A stretch of DNA of 64,000 bases, taken from an uncultured virus (IMG/VR IMGVR_UViG_3300032030_000042) (Duplodnaviria > Heunggongvirae > Uroviricota > Caudoviricetes). This document shows positions 49,454-59,816 of this stretch, piece by piece. How positions within the stretch are numbered: position 1 is the first letter of the stretch; each line of letters begins with the position of its first letter. Both the position numbers and the translations under genes were made by a program. The notes under the pieces were generated by a model. The model ran no database searches. It worked only from the letters and a program-made list of their open reading frames with translations, and was not told the DNA's origin. The stretch lies in IMG/VR virus record IMGVR_UViG_3300032030_000042. The stretch is one strand, 5' to 3'.

Positions 49454-52327
49454 TTACAATGCTGAAATGAATCCAGCTAAAAATTCACCTAAATATTGAT
49501 GACCAATTTCATTTGGATGAACCCCGTCTGGGATTAAAGGATTATAATATCCTTTATATCCGCTTGCACTGTTATGCCAATTCCCTGCTAAATGTGTTGC
49601 TAAAAGTCCAGAATGATAAAAGTCGCATACTGGTATTCCATAATACCCACATACCTCCATGAATGCATCTACCCACTCATCCATTCCTGTATAGATACTT
49701 CCTACTCCGTTAGCTTCCGACACGGGACTATTAATCATCTTTGGAGGTGTAATACCAACTAACTTTATTTTTTTACCCGAACTAAGAATATATTTACGAT
49801 ACAATCCTTCAGCTAATTTATGCACACCAGCATAATATGTGTAGGTAGATGAATCCCCAGCAATAACCCTGTCATTCATCGTTCCCAGCATCAGTGAACT
49901 TCTGATATCATTAGTACCACCCATAAATGTCACGACATCTGCATCATCCGGCATATTAACATATCTGTTACACATAGCAGATTCGAGACATTGCGGACCT
50001 ATCAGATAATTTCCACTTATACCATAATTCGTAAAATTCATATTAAGAATTGCAGCAGCCATCTTAGCATAACTGGATAATTGCCCGACAGGATTTGCTG
50101 TTATCGCCGTATTTCCATCCATCCCATGAGGAATATAACCATAAGTAATACTGTCACCCAACGACAACATTGTTCCTTTTCTCACACTATAATTAATAAC
50201 AGTATATTTAACATCTGTAAGATATGTTGAAGTATTTGAAGTTGTGTAGTACTGATAACTAATAGCCAAATATCCACTTATTTCAACGTCTATAATTTTT
50301 CTTACACGTATATCTCCCTTTTCTAACGGCATTGCAACAAATTTTAGAGTCCCTGAAATACACGTATCCCCAACATTTGGAGAAGAAGTAAACATCGCCA
50401 TTCGTACTGTTTTAAATTCAGTACTTGACTTATGATGTATAATACACTCCATTACCACCCTGTCATTGGCTTTCACAGGTATTCTATCCGTTCTCATTAA
50501 TCCCGAAGTAGAATAACTTGTTATAACACCGCTTGGTGATATATAAGTATTTTCTAATGCATCACCGCCATCTTGCAACTTACCCACAGGCATTGGCATT
50601 ACAAATATGTTTTTTACAGGAGTCACAGTCTTAACAAAAACCACATCTCTTAAATATGAAGCGGTGGAACTTGCGTACACAAACGACATATTTAAATATC
50701 CAGTTATCGGTGATTCAATAATCTCTGTTTTGTTATATATTCCTTTAGTACCTTTATAACTAAAAAAACCATATCCTGTAACACTGTTTCCAACAACAGG
50801 TGCGTTCTGAGTAAAACCATACCGAATATTATTTACTTCACCATTTCCTAATTTATGTAATTCAAAAGTTATCTTTATCATATCTCCTTCTGTCACTGGC
50901 ACGGATAACATATTCAATATCCCAAGTGTTTCATATTGAGTTATAACTCCTTCTGTAGAAATATACACAGCATCATATTGAACAGCCGAAAGTATAACAT
51001 CAGTAGGTTGAGTAGATTGTGCCACGCCTGCTAAAACATCCTCGATACCACTACATTCAGGAGATTCACTTTTATTCAACTTAACCTCATTCAATTGCTT
51101 CCCAGCCTCCGCACTCAGAACATTAGAAGGTCCAGTAACCTCTTCACCGACCGTATTCGTAATCTTCACGGTATTCAGCTTCTGACCTGACAAAAATCTA
51201 TCAACACTATCCCAATTACTTTCGATATTCCAACCAGATAAATCGCTACTAACGTACTGCTTTGTAACCCATTCAGTATTTACAGTATCGTACCAAGTAA
51301 CCTTTAACCCAATTCTTCTTAAATTACTTGGAACAAAACTAAAAGCATTTGTTGCAGAACTTTGACTTCCAACATTAACACTTTCTATTAAACTGTATAA
51401 GAGTTTATCTTTTATAGAAATTGACTGATAATTTGTTCCATTATAGTAGATGTCAAGAATTTCGCCAGCATCCCATGTATTAACATCAGTAGCAACCGCA
51501 CCATTATACCAAATAGACTTTGCTCCTGTGTTATTAATATTTAATTTAGGAGTTGGATGAGTATTAGCGTTTGTCATTTTCACTAACAAACGCATATGCG
51601 TACTTAAACTAAAATAAATGTCTGAAATTATTTTAATTTCATCCTCGGCATTTTGAGAACATTCTATATAATTTACATTAGCATTAACTTGATTAAACAT
51701 TCCAGATACATCTAATGCTGGAAGAGTTGCTTGTTCTTGCCAATAATAAACTCCATTTGATGTAACACGTAAACTATAAACTGCATTTTCAGAAGGATTA
51801 GAAGTGTTATTAACCGATACTGTTTCACCAACTCGTATTGGCGTACCATCATCTGCAATATGAGAATCAGCATCTGCATTCATTGCGGCAACTGAAGCGT
51901 ATGTTTTTCTAATATTCAGAAAATATTGAAAGTTTGCATTTTCAGCAGCACTAATAATATTAGCATTTGTAACTTGGTAAGTCCAATAAGCGGTATTCCA
52001 GAGTAATATTACAAATACAGCCTCCATTTCACCAGTAGTAATACTGATTGGCTGTCCGTTTATATCATGGAAATTAACAAAAGTTACAGTCCGTTCTTGT
52101 GCAACGCCTGCAATATATGCAACTCGAGCATTATCAGGTTGAATAGGAGTTGTATCTCCTTCGGCAATTCCTATTAAGGTACTTGCAGAAGACATTTCTA
52201 CACTCCGTATGTAATCCAACATATTTAGCGCAAACGCCTGATGATTTTCTGGCATAATTTCAGTGCCAGGGTCACGACCCATAAGGGTGTCTATAATCAT
52301 CCTTTTTGTATCTTCATAACCAGCCAT
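49454..52327 (-). CDS. tail fibre/receptor-binding protein with C-terminal SGNH esterase
   Basis: last gene of the baseplate cluster; LGDSITYG, GISG, GGTND, DGVHPN blocks I/II/III/V. Confidence 0.75.
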   Translation of the reverse strand: MAGYEDTKRMIIDTLMGRDPGTEIMPENHQAFALNMLDYIRSVEMSSASTLIGIAEGDTTPIQPDNARVAYIAGVAQERTVTFVNFHDINGQPISITTGEMEAVFVILLWNTAYWTYQVTNANIISAAENANFQYFLNIRKTYASVAAMNADADSHIADDGTPIRVGETVSVNNTSNPSENAVYSLRVTSNGVYYWQEQATLPALDVSGMFNQVNANVNYIECSQNAEDEIKIISDIYFSLSTHMRLLVKMTNANTHPTPKLNINNTGAKSIWYNGAVATDVNTWDAGEILDIYYNGTNYQSISIKDKLLYSLIESVNVGSQSSATNAFSFVPSNLRRIGLKVTWYDTVNTEWVTKQYVSSDLSGWNIESNWDSVDRFLSGQKLNTVKITNTVGEEVTGPSNVLSAEAGKQLNEVKLNKSESPECSGIEDVLAGVAQSTQPTDVILSAVQYDAVYISTEGVITQYETLGILNMLSVPVTEGDMIKITFELHKLGNGEVNNIRYGFTQNAPVVGNSVTGYGFFSYKGTKGIYNKTEIIESPITGYLNMSFVYASSTASYLRDVVFVKTVTPVKNIFVMPMPVGKLQDGGDALENTYISPSGVITSYSTSGLMRTDRIPVKANDRVVMECIIHHKSSTEFKTVRMAMFTSSPNVGDTCISGTLKFVAMPLEKGDIRVRKIIDVEISGYLAISYQYYTTSNTSTYLTDVKYTVINYSVRKGTMLSLGDSITYGYIPHGMDGNTAITANPVGQLSSYAKMAAAILNMNFTNYGISGNYLIGPQCLESAMCNRYVNMPDDADVVTFMGGTNDIRSSLMLGTMNDRVIAGDSSTYTYYAGVHKLAEGLYRKYILSSGKKIKLVGITPPKMINSPVSEANGVGSIYTGMDEWVDAFMEVCGYYGIPVCDFYHSGLLATHLAGNWHNSASGYKGYYNPLIPDGVHPNEIGHQYLGEFLAGFISAL

Positions 52328-52344
52328 AATTTGTTTTATTTAAT

Positions 52345-53226
52345 TTATGAATATTTTTCTTGATTGTAATTATCGTTATAGTTATCTTCTTCGTATTCTA
52401 TTACGACATCAAAAGATTCTACTTGTAATGGTTCATAATGCTCATTGTAACGTCTTAAAATTTCTTCATTAGTTAATGCATGAGTATGCTTGAAAGAACG
52501 CTGCAACCATAATCCTATTCCCTTTCCTGGTAATAAGAAATCGTTAAGTCTAACAGAATTAATTGCATTATTCTTTAACTCGCCTTTAAATACGCCTGAA
52601 AAATTATCAGTAGATATGTAAGTACATGTTTGTGGCGTTTCAACTATTTCTTCATCACGTCTAACGATTCTAAAACGTCGGTCGGTTAGTTTTACCATAC
52701 GCCATGTAGAATCGTTGCTAAACGCATATTCTAAAGCATCCCACGTTCCCTGCTCACCGCTTTCTTCAACCTCAACTGTAACGCCCATGGGTTGAAAAAG
52801 AATTTCCTCTCCTTTATCAGCCCAAGAAGTTATTTCAAATTCAACAGCGGCACGTTCAAAAGTAGCATCATAAAATTCACCAATAAACGGCTTTTGATAA
52901 CGATTAGCAATATGCTCCATAGCATATTTACTATCTAATGCAACTGCTGCTACTTTAAATATTGCCTCATTTTCAGGTTGAGTTACGATGCGTAAAGTTA
53001 TATTTTTGACTTCATAATTAAATTTGTTTATTAAAGCAATAGCAATGCATTCAGGTTGGTGTTTTTCTAGAGTATATGATGAAATTAAGTCAAACAATGA
53101 ATTTATTGCGGCATTAGGTACTACAGTAGAACTAACGTAACCACCCAAAGATTTACTTGGGTCAGTTTGACTATTTTCACTCGTTTTCGCTAATGAACTA
53201 TTTGCTCCTGTTAGATATAACAACAT
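52345..53226 (-). CDS. probable baseplate/tail structural protein
   Basis: position; SLGGYVSS...LFD, GLWLQR. Confidence 0.55.
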   Translation of the reverse strand: MLLYLTGANSSLAKTSENSQTDPSKSLGGYVSSTVVPNAAINSLFDLISSYTLEKHQPECIAIALINKFNYEVKNITLRIVTQPENEAIFKVAAVALDSKYAMEHIANRYQKPFIGEFYDATFERAAVEFEITSWADKGEEILFQPMGVTVEVEESGEQGTWDALEYAFSNDSTWRMVKLTDRRFRIVRRDEEIVETPQTCTYISTDNFSGVFKGELKNNAINSVRLNDFLLPGKGIGLWLQRSFKHTHALTNEEILRRYNEHYEPLQVESFDVVIEYEEDNYNDNYNQEKYS

Positions 53227-53237
53227 AATTTATCAAA

Positions 53238-54677
53238 TTAACTATAATTACGAATAGTGATTTCAGGTTCAATTTCGCTCATATTAACATCAATATCACT
53301 ATGCCCCATAACTACATTTTCACCATTAATGTCAATAAATTCAGCGACTGCAAGATTATAGAAACAATTTAAATTATCTGTTTTGCTAATCAATCTATAT
53401 CGTAGTTTCATATTCACAACATCAACGAAAGTTTCATTAACACTGGGATAGAAAACTGAAAGGTGTACTCGATTGCGTATATTTTCAACATCAAACTTGA
53501 AACGGAAAGGTACACTTGGTGAATTAACGTTATTATTTAACGTAATTTCGTATTCCACACCATTGCAGTTAGGCACTACAACTAAATCAATAATTCCGCC
53601 ACTCATTAATTCTGGGTCGTATTCGGCAATATGCAGAACTTTATTCAATTGCTCTGTAATTACTACATAACGCATATTAGTACGATTAAGCAATAACCAT
53701 CTATCAAACATATGGTCTGGAATATCGCCACTGCCAAGGAAATTACAACTACCACTTTGAATAGTTACAATATTATCATCTGCCGTTTGCTGTACTGTAG
53801 AATTGATAATCTTATAACCATGTTCAAATATAAGTTCAAACGTAGCAGCCATGCTGTGTTCAACATTACCACCAATAACGCTAATACCAAGAAAACTACA
53901 TATAGGATTTTCTAATTCTGCGCTATTTTCAAATGTTTGATAGTCGGTATTAAACATAGAATAAATACGCTCATCCTCAACTACCAAAGCACCATTTTCA
54001 TAATACATTTTAGCAATAATAAATTGCGTTTGCGGTAAATTTGGACGACTATCTGAATCAATGATACTTATTTCGCAATCATCGTATTCATAAATCATCT
54101 TATTTCCTTCATCAACTTGAAATCCTGGAGTAAAAGTGCCTACAACTGCGTATTGAACTTTATTTTCCGCAACTAATTCACCACTAATCAAAGCAGAAGT
54201 ATCGTTAGTGACATTCACTACCTCATATTCATCAGGATTTTGACTTGAATTGAATTTTACCTTTACTGGGAAATTAGGTTGTCCACGCAAGACTTCCGTA
54301 AACATTGTTCCGACACCACTAATACTACCATCAGCAGCAATATTTACCTTTCCTGTTTCGTAATTAGTAACAGCGTGGTTAATAACTAACCAGCGATTTT
54401 GATTTGTATTATTAATTTGGAATTGCTTATCTTCAGCAAGAACTATTGCATTCAGGTTACTATCAAAAGCAAGACCTGCATTAATAGTAATGACATTTGC
54501 CGTTCCTGAATTCTTTGTTACCTTAAAATAGGTATTATTTTCATCACAGACAATACCATACTTGGTAATCAAATGACGCAATATACGCTTATAACCATCA
54601 TCTTCTAAAGATTTAACAAGTCGATTCAACTCATTAACCTCAAGAAACAGATTTTTGCTTATTTTTACTTTACTCAT
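53238..54677 (-). CDS. probable baseplate wedge/fibre-attachment protein
   Basis: position; FLEVNELNRL start; beta-rich. Confidence 0.55.
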   Translation of the reverse strand: MSKVKISKNLFLEVNELNRLVKSLEDDGYKRILRHLITKYGIVCDENNTYFKVTKNSGTANVITINAGLAFDSNLNAIVLAEDKQFQINNTNQNRWLVINHAVTNYETGKVNIAADGSISGVGTMFTEVLRGQPNFPVKVKFNSSQNPDEYEVVNVTNDTSALISGELVAENKVQYAVVGTFTPGFQVDEGNKMIYEYDDCEISIIDSDSRPNLPQTQFIIAKMYYENGALVVEDERIYSMFNTDYQTFENSAELENPICSFLGISVIGGNVEHSMAATFELIFEHGYKIINSTVQQTADDNIVTIQSGSCNFLGSGDIPDHMFDRWLLLNRTNMRYVVITEQLNKVLHIAEYDPELMSGGIIDLVVVPNCNGVEYEITLNNNVNSPSVPFRFKFDVENIRNRVHLSVFYPSVNETFVDVVNMKLRYRLISKTDNLNCFYNLAVAEFIDINGENVVMGHSDIDVNMSEIEPEITIRNYS

Positions 54678-54682
54678 ATTTC

Positions 54683-56344
54683 TTAACGTATAAACATTAA
54701 CATAGTAGTACTGTTATAAGGTAACAAATACCTTTCTATAATACTTGTAATTTGTTGCTCAGAGTAGTTATTATTTTTGTTGCGAAGATACGCATATAGT
54801 ATGCGGCTGCTTTCAATAAAACCAAGACTGTGACTATTATCAACACCAGTACCTATCTTTGGTAATATATTAGTTCCTCTTACAAGCGGACGAATTTTAT
54901 AATCCCATAATTCAACAGAAGTTGAACTGCCGATAACTAATATGCGTGGAAGAATATAAGTAAGGAATTTGTTGTTGAAATAAAAATTAGTTCCGATTCC
55001 TATATTAGTTTTGCTCTGAGGATAATGTTCACTTGAATAAGCGTGAATAATTCCCCTCACATAATACCACTCATTCAACTTGAAATACATCAGAGGAATG
55101 CTGAAAAAGTTTTCGTCTGTAGTATATCCGTTAGGAAGTGTAAAAGCGTCAAGCAACTTGCGTTTATTGATATCAAACCCTTCAACGCCGAACATTATTT
55201 TTGAATTAGTATTTCTTCGCGTAACTTTTATTGCAAATGTAATTTCATAGTCCATACCACTATCCGCCACATATAGATTTTCGCTTACATCGGCATTATC
55301 ATTACGACCTAGACCTGCCCAAACAGAATTAGAAGTAGGATTTATGCACAAAACCATACGGTCGCCATCAGGTTGGATTGAAAGCATTGACTGGTTAGTA
55401 GTAAAGAAATCGTCAAGACTTTGGAAGTCCTGAGTATCTTCCTCTGTTTTATTCAACGCTGCTGAAGCACAAGTTCCTCGATACATAGGACTACACTGAC
55501 CTAAACACCAACCGATTTTATCAAGTTGAATGTTTTCATACAAGGCTTCGTTTTCACGCTTATTGCGTAACAGACGAACCAGTTCTCCATCTATTTCAGC
55601 AATCCCACCTCCAGGCAACGTATCACCTTTATGATTAAATATCATTGCAGTGCCTCTGCGTCGAATTTCATCATAGTAATGTGAAGCAAGATATTGTAAT
55701 TCATTCAGCGTAATAGTATTTTCGTCAAAATAAATTCCATATTCACGAACATACTCACGCATCAGGTTGAAATCGTCTTTGAAATCCTCAAAACGTTTTC
55801 CAAATGCAATCATCATTGCAAAGAAACGAGCAACGCTGTAGAATAAATCAATAAAATCTCTATCTTCACTTTCCTCAACATTTTCTGCTCTTGTTATATA
55901 AGTAGGCAAGATTCCGCGGAAATAAAGTTTCTTAAAAAGATTATCGGAAACATCATGGAAAAATTGCGTACCAAAAACGTCAGCAAAAATACTAGAATTA
56001 ACAATAGGCATTGGTGTTGTATCGGCAAGCCGCACGCCTTGTATTTGTATATCCTGAAATTCAATTACACCGCTTGCATCACTACCAGTTCTGGTATATC
56101 GTACTTGAAGTGTAATAGTATTATCAACGTAATACGTTTGCGCACTCAGATTAGCGTTTGTAAGAGATTTCCATTCACTCCAAAATACTGAATTATTAAG
56201 AATACGAAATTCCCTTTCAACAGTACGATTAGCGGTCAAACCAATAAGATTTTCCGTAAATGAATTGAATTGAATCGTTCCATTTATTTGCGGACTCACG
56301 TTCACTAAAAGAGCGTCGCCTATATTTTGTAGAACATTAGTCAT
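54683..56344 (-). CDS. probable baseplate wedge protein (gpI/gp7-like)
   Basis: downstream of baseplate J; ILPTYI...YYDEIRRRGT...IERYLLPY. Confidence 0.55.
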   Translation of the reverse strand: MTNVLQNIGDALLVNVSPQINGTIQFNSFTENLIGLTANRTVEREFRILNNSVFWSEWKSLTNANLSAQTYYVDNTITLQVRYTRTGSDASGVIEFQDIQIQGVRLADTTPMPIVNSSIFADVFGTQFFHDVSDNLFKKLYFRGILPTYITRAENVEESEDRDFIDLFYSVARFFAMMIAFGKRFEDFKDDFNLMREYVREYGIYFDENTITLNELQYLASHYYDEIRRRGTAMIFNHKGDTLPGGGIAEIDGELVRLLRNKRENEALYENIQLDKIGWCLGQCSPMYRGTCASAALNKTEEDTQDFQSLDDFFTTNQSMLSIQPDGDRMVLCINPTSNSVWAGLGRNDNADVSENLYVADSGMDYEITFAIKVTRRNTNSKIMFGVEGFDINKRKLLDAFTLPNGYTTDENFFSIPLMYFKLNEWYYVRGIIHAYSSEHYPQSKTNIGIGTNFYFNNKFLTYILPRILVIGSSTSVELWDYKIRPLVRGTNILPKIGTGVDNSHSLGFIESSRILYAYLRNKNNNYSEQQITSIIERYLLPYNSTTMLMFIR

Positions 56345-56648
56345 ACAATAAATCGTTTTGCGGTTTTGTATAAAGATTTATATCATCGTCGTCAGGAACA
56401 CTAATAACTAATTCACCATTTTCCGTCATACTACCTGGGTTCATGCCGTCTCTGTTATATGAAAGTGCAAGTTCTCCTTCCTTGACTGGGACGTTATCAA
56501 TTAAACTATCAAACGCAGGCATTGTTGTAGAAAATATAGTAGGTAATACCGAACCATTCTCATAAAGACTATTTTCAGCCTTGATATTGAATACACCAGT
56601 TTCAGTATTACAAATTGTTTGTACGTTTATTGCAGCAGTAGTTACCAT
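56337..56648 (-). CDS. hypothetical structural-module protein
   Basis: operon context. Confidence 0.55.
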   Translation of the reverse strand: MVTTAAINVQTICNTETGVFNIKAENSLYENGSVLPTIFSTTMPAFDSLIDNVPVKEGELALSYNRDGMNPGSMTENGELVISVPDDDDINLYTKPQNDLLYD

Positions 56649-56649
56649 A

Positions 56650-57846
56650 TTATAAAGTCATTAATACGCTACTTTGATAAGCAACGTCTTCTGTGTTAGG
56701 ATAAAAAATGTCACTCAGTACTCCGTTATTATCGTCAATGACATTACCATCTAAATCACGCATAACATACCCTCTAATTCTTGGAATACGATAGCGTGGT
56801 ATATTTATGTCGTTCTGTGGATAAAAGTGCGTATCCGGCACATAACGTACACCGCTCACATTCTTTGCGGAATACAGCATATCCTCCCATTCAACTTTAT
56901 CGCCATCTTTCCAATAGCGATAGTCAAATAGTTTAGACATTTGTATTTGTATATCTCGGCGAACTTGGTCATAATCAAACGCTGGGTCAATATCGACCCT
57001 AAAATCAACGTCTATGAAATACCAATCCACGTTATTTAGTTTCAATGTATATTCAGTATCAGTACGCAAAATGTCAGACAACGAAAGATATTCCGCACTG
57101 CGGTTTAACATTTCATTGAATTCTGCTTCTGTAAAATTTTGACCATTAACTGAAACGACTATAAGGTTTAAACGACCGCTCGCATCAATTGCGCCTTTAT
57201 AAACACGTAAAACATTAGAATTGATTTTCATGAAAATCTGTTCTATGTATGAAAGTGTTGTACGAGAAAGTTGGTTTACACTATCCTTAATTCTCTGTCT
57301 GAATAATTCGTCGTCTTCAACATCACGACCGCCAGTGGCTCGATATTCATTTGTAACCGCAATATGTCCTGTTGGTATAGGATTAATGGTATTAATAGAT
57401 AATGGGTCAACGTTGGTATTTAAACCGCTTTGCTGGCTGAGTACCAAAGCATATGCATAACCATTAGCACCTATCGTAACATCTTCAGCAAGTTCAAATG
57501 TAATGCCGCTAATACTAGTCAATGTAGTTCCCTGGCTAAAATAAACAGTTCCTTCATTTGCCATAAGACGAACATATGTAGAACTTGGTGATGCCCCAAA
57601 ACGAGGAGCAACTCCACGTATTTGAGCCAAGCGGTCTAAATAACTTCCATACGCTATATCAGGGAATATATGACCCTCAACAATGCTTTGATTTACTAAA
57701 CATTTCTGACCTAATTTAGCACAACCATAAGCAATGCCGTTCAATACGCTTTCAGCACCAACATCATTAATCTTGTCGGTCTTATTAAGCAATATTTCCA
57801 GGAACATGTTTTTTAGTTCCTCTACTGGTGTTATCTGTGTTATCAT
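56650..57846 (-). CDS. baseplate J-like protein
   Basis: AYGSYLDRLA...GV..R, G..TNV, ATGGRDVEDDELFRQRI, VSGV. Confidence 0.9.
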   Translation of the reverse strand: MITQITPVEELKNMFLEILLNKTDKINDVGAESVLNGIAYGCAKLGQKCLVNQSIVEGHIFPDIAYGSYLDRLAQIRGVAPRFGASPSSTYVRLMANEGTVYFSQGTTLTSISGITFELAEDVTIGANGYAYALVLSQQSGLNTNVDPLSINTINPIPTGHIAVTNEYRATGGRDVEDDELFRQRIKDSVNQLSRTTLSYIEQIFMKINSNVLRVYKGAIDASGRLNLIVVSVNGQNFTEAEFNEMLNRSAEYLSLSDILRTDTEYTLKLNNVDWYFIDVDFRVDIDPAFDYDQVRRDIQIQMSKLFDYRYWKDGDKVEWEDMLYSAKNVSGVRYVPDTHFYPQNDINIPRYRIPRIRGYVMRDLDGNVIDDNNGVLSDIFYPNTEDVAYQSSVLMTL

Positions 57847-58757
57847 ATTACTACCTTTTTCTCTGTCTTATAATCATATTTTGTTTTGATATCCACTGTA
57901 ACGTTCAGGTCGCCGTTACTTAATGAAATATCGGTAACATTAACATATTGGAACAAATCATTCTGCATAAACGTACTTTGTATTTCGTTGACCAACATAG
58001 GATAGGAAAATTGGTTAATGTCTGAAATACCAATATTCTTACCCATTAGCGGATATTCTGGAATATCGCGTCGAGTTAATTCAAGTAATATATCACACTT
58101 TTGCTCAACGTTATCTTGGTATTCAACCAATTTCAGGTCATTATCGCTAATAGTTATTTTACGCAAAATATCACGCCCATAAACACGCTTTCCGATTGGT
58201 TGGTCTAATATTGTACTAACTACTACCTCAGTACGATTATTCACAAAAATATTCAAAGATGTTAATTCATCAATCTCCCAATCATATTCGTGCATATCAT
58301 TTCCATGCATCAAGTCAACCCATTGTGTGTTATCGCGATTGACTTCACGCACAGCATCTGCAACATCTTCCATAGTACGATTATTGCCAACCGATGATGA
58401 AACTTGTATATAAGGTTTATATCCTCTTTTAGTTAATGATGTACGAAAGAATTTTGGCAGTTTTTTAGTTTTTTCAATAGCAATTTGTATGTCATTTATG
58501 TACTCCATCAATTCCCAGTAACCGCAAGAATTGAGTTTGTTGGAAAAATTTTTGAATTGAGCAAGTAAATCTTTACAATCTTTATCAATTTCATCCAGTA
58601 ACGTTAAATGCTCATTGTCTATGGTTTCTGAAATACCGCCATAATACTTTTGAACTTCTGGGTATGAATTGTTAAAGAACGAAACAACCTTTTGAAAAAA
58701 ATTCGTAATAGGATATTTCGTTACACGCTCAAATTCTATAACAAGTGTTTCAATCAT
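57843..58757 (-). CDS. baseplate protein with LysM-like and gp25/gpW-like regions
   Basis: RTMEDVA....W..L..N; C-terminal DL.LV...NVEQ...IPEYP..G. Confidence 0.6.
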   Translation of the reverse strand: MIETLVIEFERVTKYPITNFFQKVVSFFNNSYPEVQKYYGGISETIDNEHLTLLDEIDKDCKDLLAQFKNFSNKLNSCGYWELMEYINDIQIAIEKTKKLPKFFRTSLTKRGYKPYIQVSSSVGNNRTMEDVADAVREVNRDNTQWVDLMHGNDMHEYDWEIDELTSLNIFVNNRTEVVVSTILDQPIGKRVYGRDILRKITISDNDLKLVEYQDNVEQKCDILLELTRRDIPEYPLMGKNIGISDINQFSYPMLVNEIQSTFMQNDLFQYVNVTDISLSNGDLNVTVDIKTKYDYKTEKKVVI

Positions 58758-59548
58758 ATTCCCAAATTTAATGACCCAAGTGTTGCTCTACTAATATCTT
58801 GTAAAATATTTTGTGTACTATTTACTATCGCCCGACTACTCACTTTTGTCAAGAACGCTAATGTAGTCATATGGTCTTCATTGTTTCGTACAAGGTCTGC
58901 AGGAGACACCGCTTTCATTTCAAGTGAATAATACCATAAACAATTATTTTCCAAAGACTGACTATACGAATCTTGCATCACCTCAACAATATAATGCGTA
59001 TTAAGAGCATAGTTGTAAAACACTAACACGTATGGTTTATAGTAAGTATCGAGTTGCTGAGATTTTTGCACTATCTTCTGTAATATCTTGATAAGACCAT
59101 ATCCAGTACGAATATCAACTTTATTTGGTGTAAACATATCAAGTGCTGGCGCACCGATATTAAATAAAGAAATACCTCTTTCGTCATCAGGCGCATAAGC
59201 ACCTGAAACTAGACGTAATTTACGACCAAACGTTCCTTGAATACTAATATCTCTTGGATTAAATGTAGAATTAAATTGCGTTACAACACCATAATTGGTT
59301 TTAGTAATAGTAGCAATTTGAGTCTTATTTTCCATAATGTTATTAGGCATTATTGGAAAATTTATATATGCGCGAGTATTACCTTGACTATCTATCAATT
59401 CCAAAGCGCACATATAATATTCAAAATCGTCTGGAACAAGCGCATGCAATGCCGCCTTTCCCATCGTACTCATAACACCCAACGTGTTCTGATATGCAGA
59501 TGTAAGGCTGCTTTTACCAATCCTACCTAATTCAGACAATACAGACAT
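58754..59548 (-). CDS. probable tail tube initiator/baseplate protein
   Basis: FPIMP.NI...ITKT..G......DISIQGTFG...YYSLEMKA. Confidence 0.55.
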   Translation of the reverse strand: MSVLSELGRIGKSSLTSAYQNTLGVMSTMGKAALHALVPDDFEYYMCALELIDSQGNTRAYINFPIMPNNIMENKTQIATITKTNYGVVTQFNSTFNPRDISIQGTFGRKLRLVSGAYAPDDERGISLFNIGAPALDMFTPNKVDIRTGYGLIKILQKIVQKSQQLDTYYKPYVLVFYNYALNTHYIVEVMQDSYSQSLENNCLWYYSLEMKAVSPADLVRNNEDHMTTLAFLTKVSSRAIVNSTQNILQDISRATLGSLNLGI

Positions 59549-59584
59549 AATACTTATTTTATTTTGTAAATAATACTTGTTTGT

Positions 59585-59815
59585 TTATGAAAGCGAACCA
59601 ACACCTGGGGATGTAGTGGAACCTGGTCCTGCTGGAGTTGTGACTGCTTGCCCTGGCTGAATAGTTACAGTTGCTGTTTTAATAAACGTATCTACAGCCG
59701 TCGATATTACCTCAGCAAAAGCATTAATTGCTCCATTTGGGTCATCTTTATCTGGAGTAATATTTTGTAAACCGATAATTATTTGTTGCTTTAAAGCGTC
59801 CTTTACAAGTGCCAT
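59585..59815 (-). CDS. probable spike-tip / small baseplate protein
   Basis: follows the spike gene; TTPAGPGST. Confidence 0.45.
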   Translation of the reverse strand: MALVKDALKQQIIIGLQNITPDKDDPNGAINAFAEVISTAVDTFIKTATVTIQPGQAVTTPAGPGSTTSPGVGSLS

Positions 59816-59816
59816 A

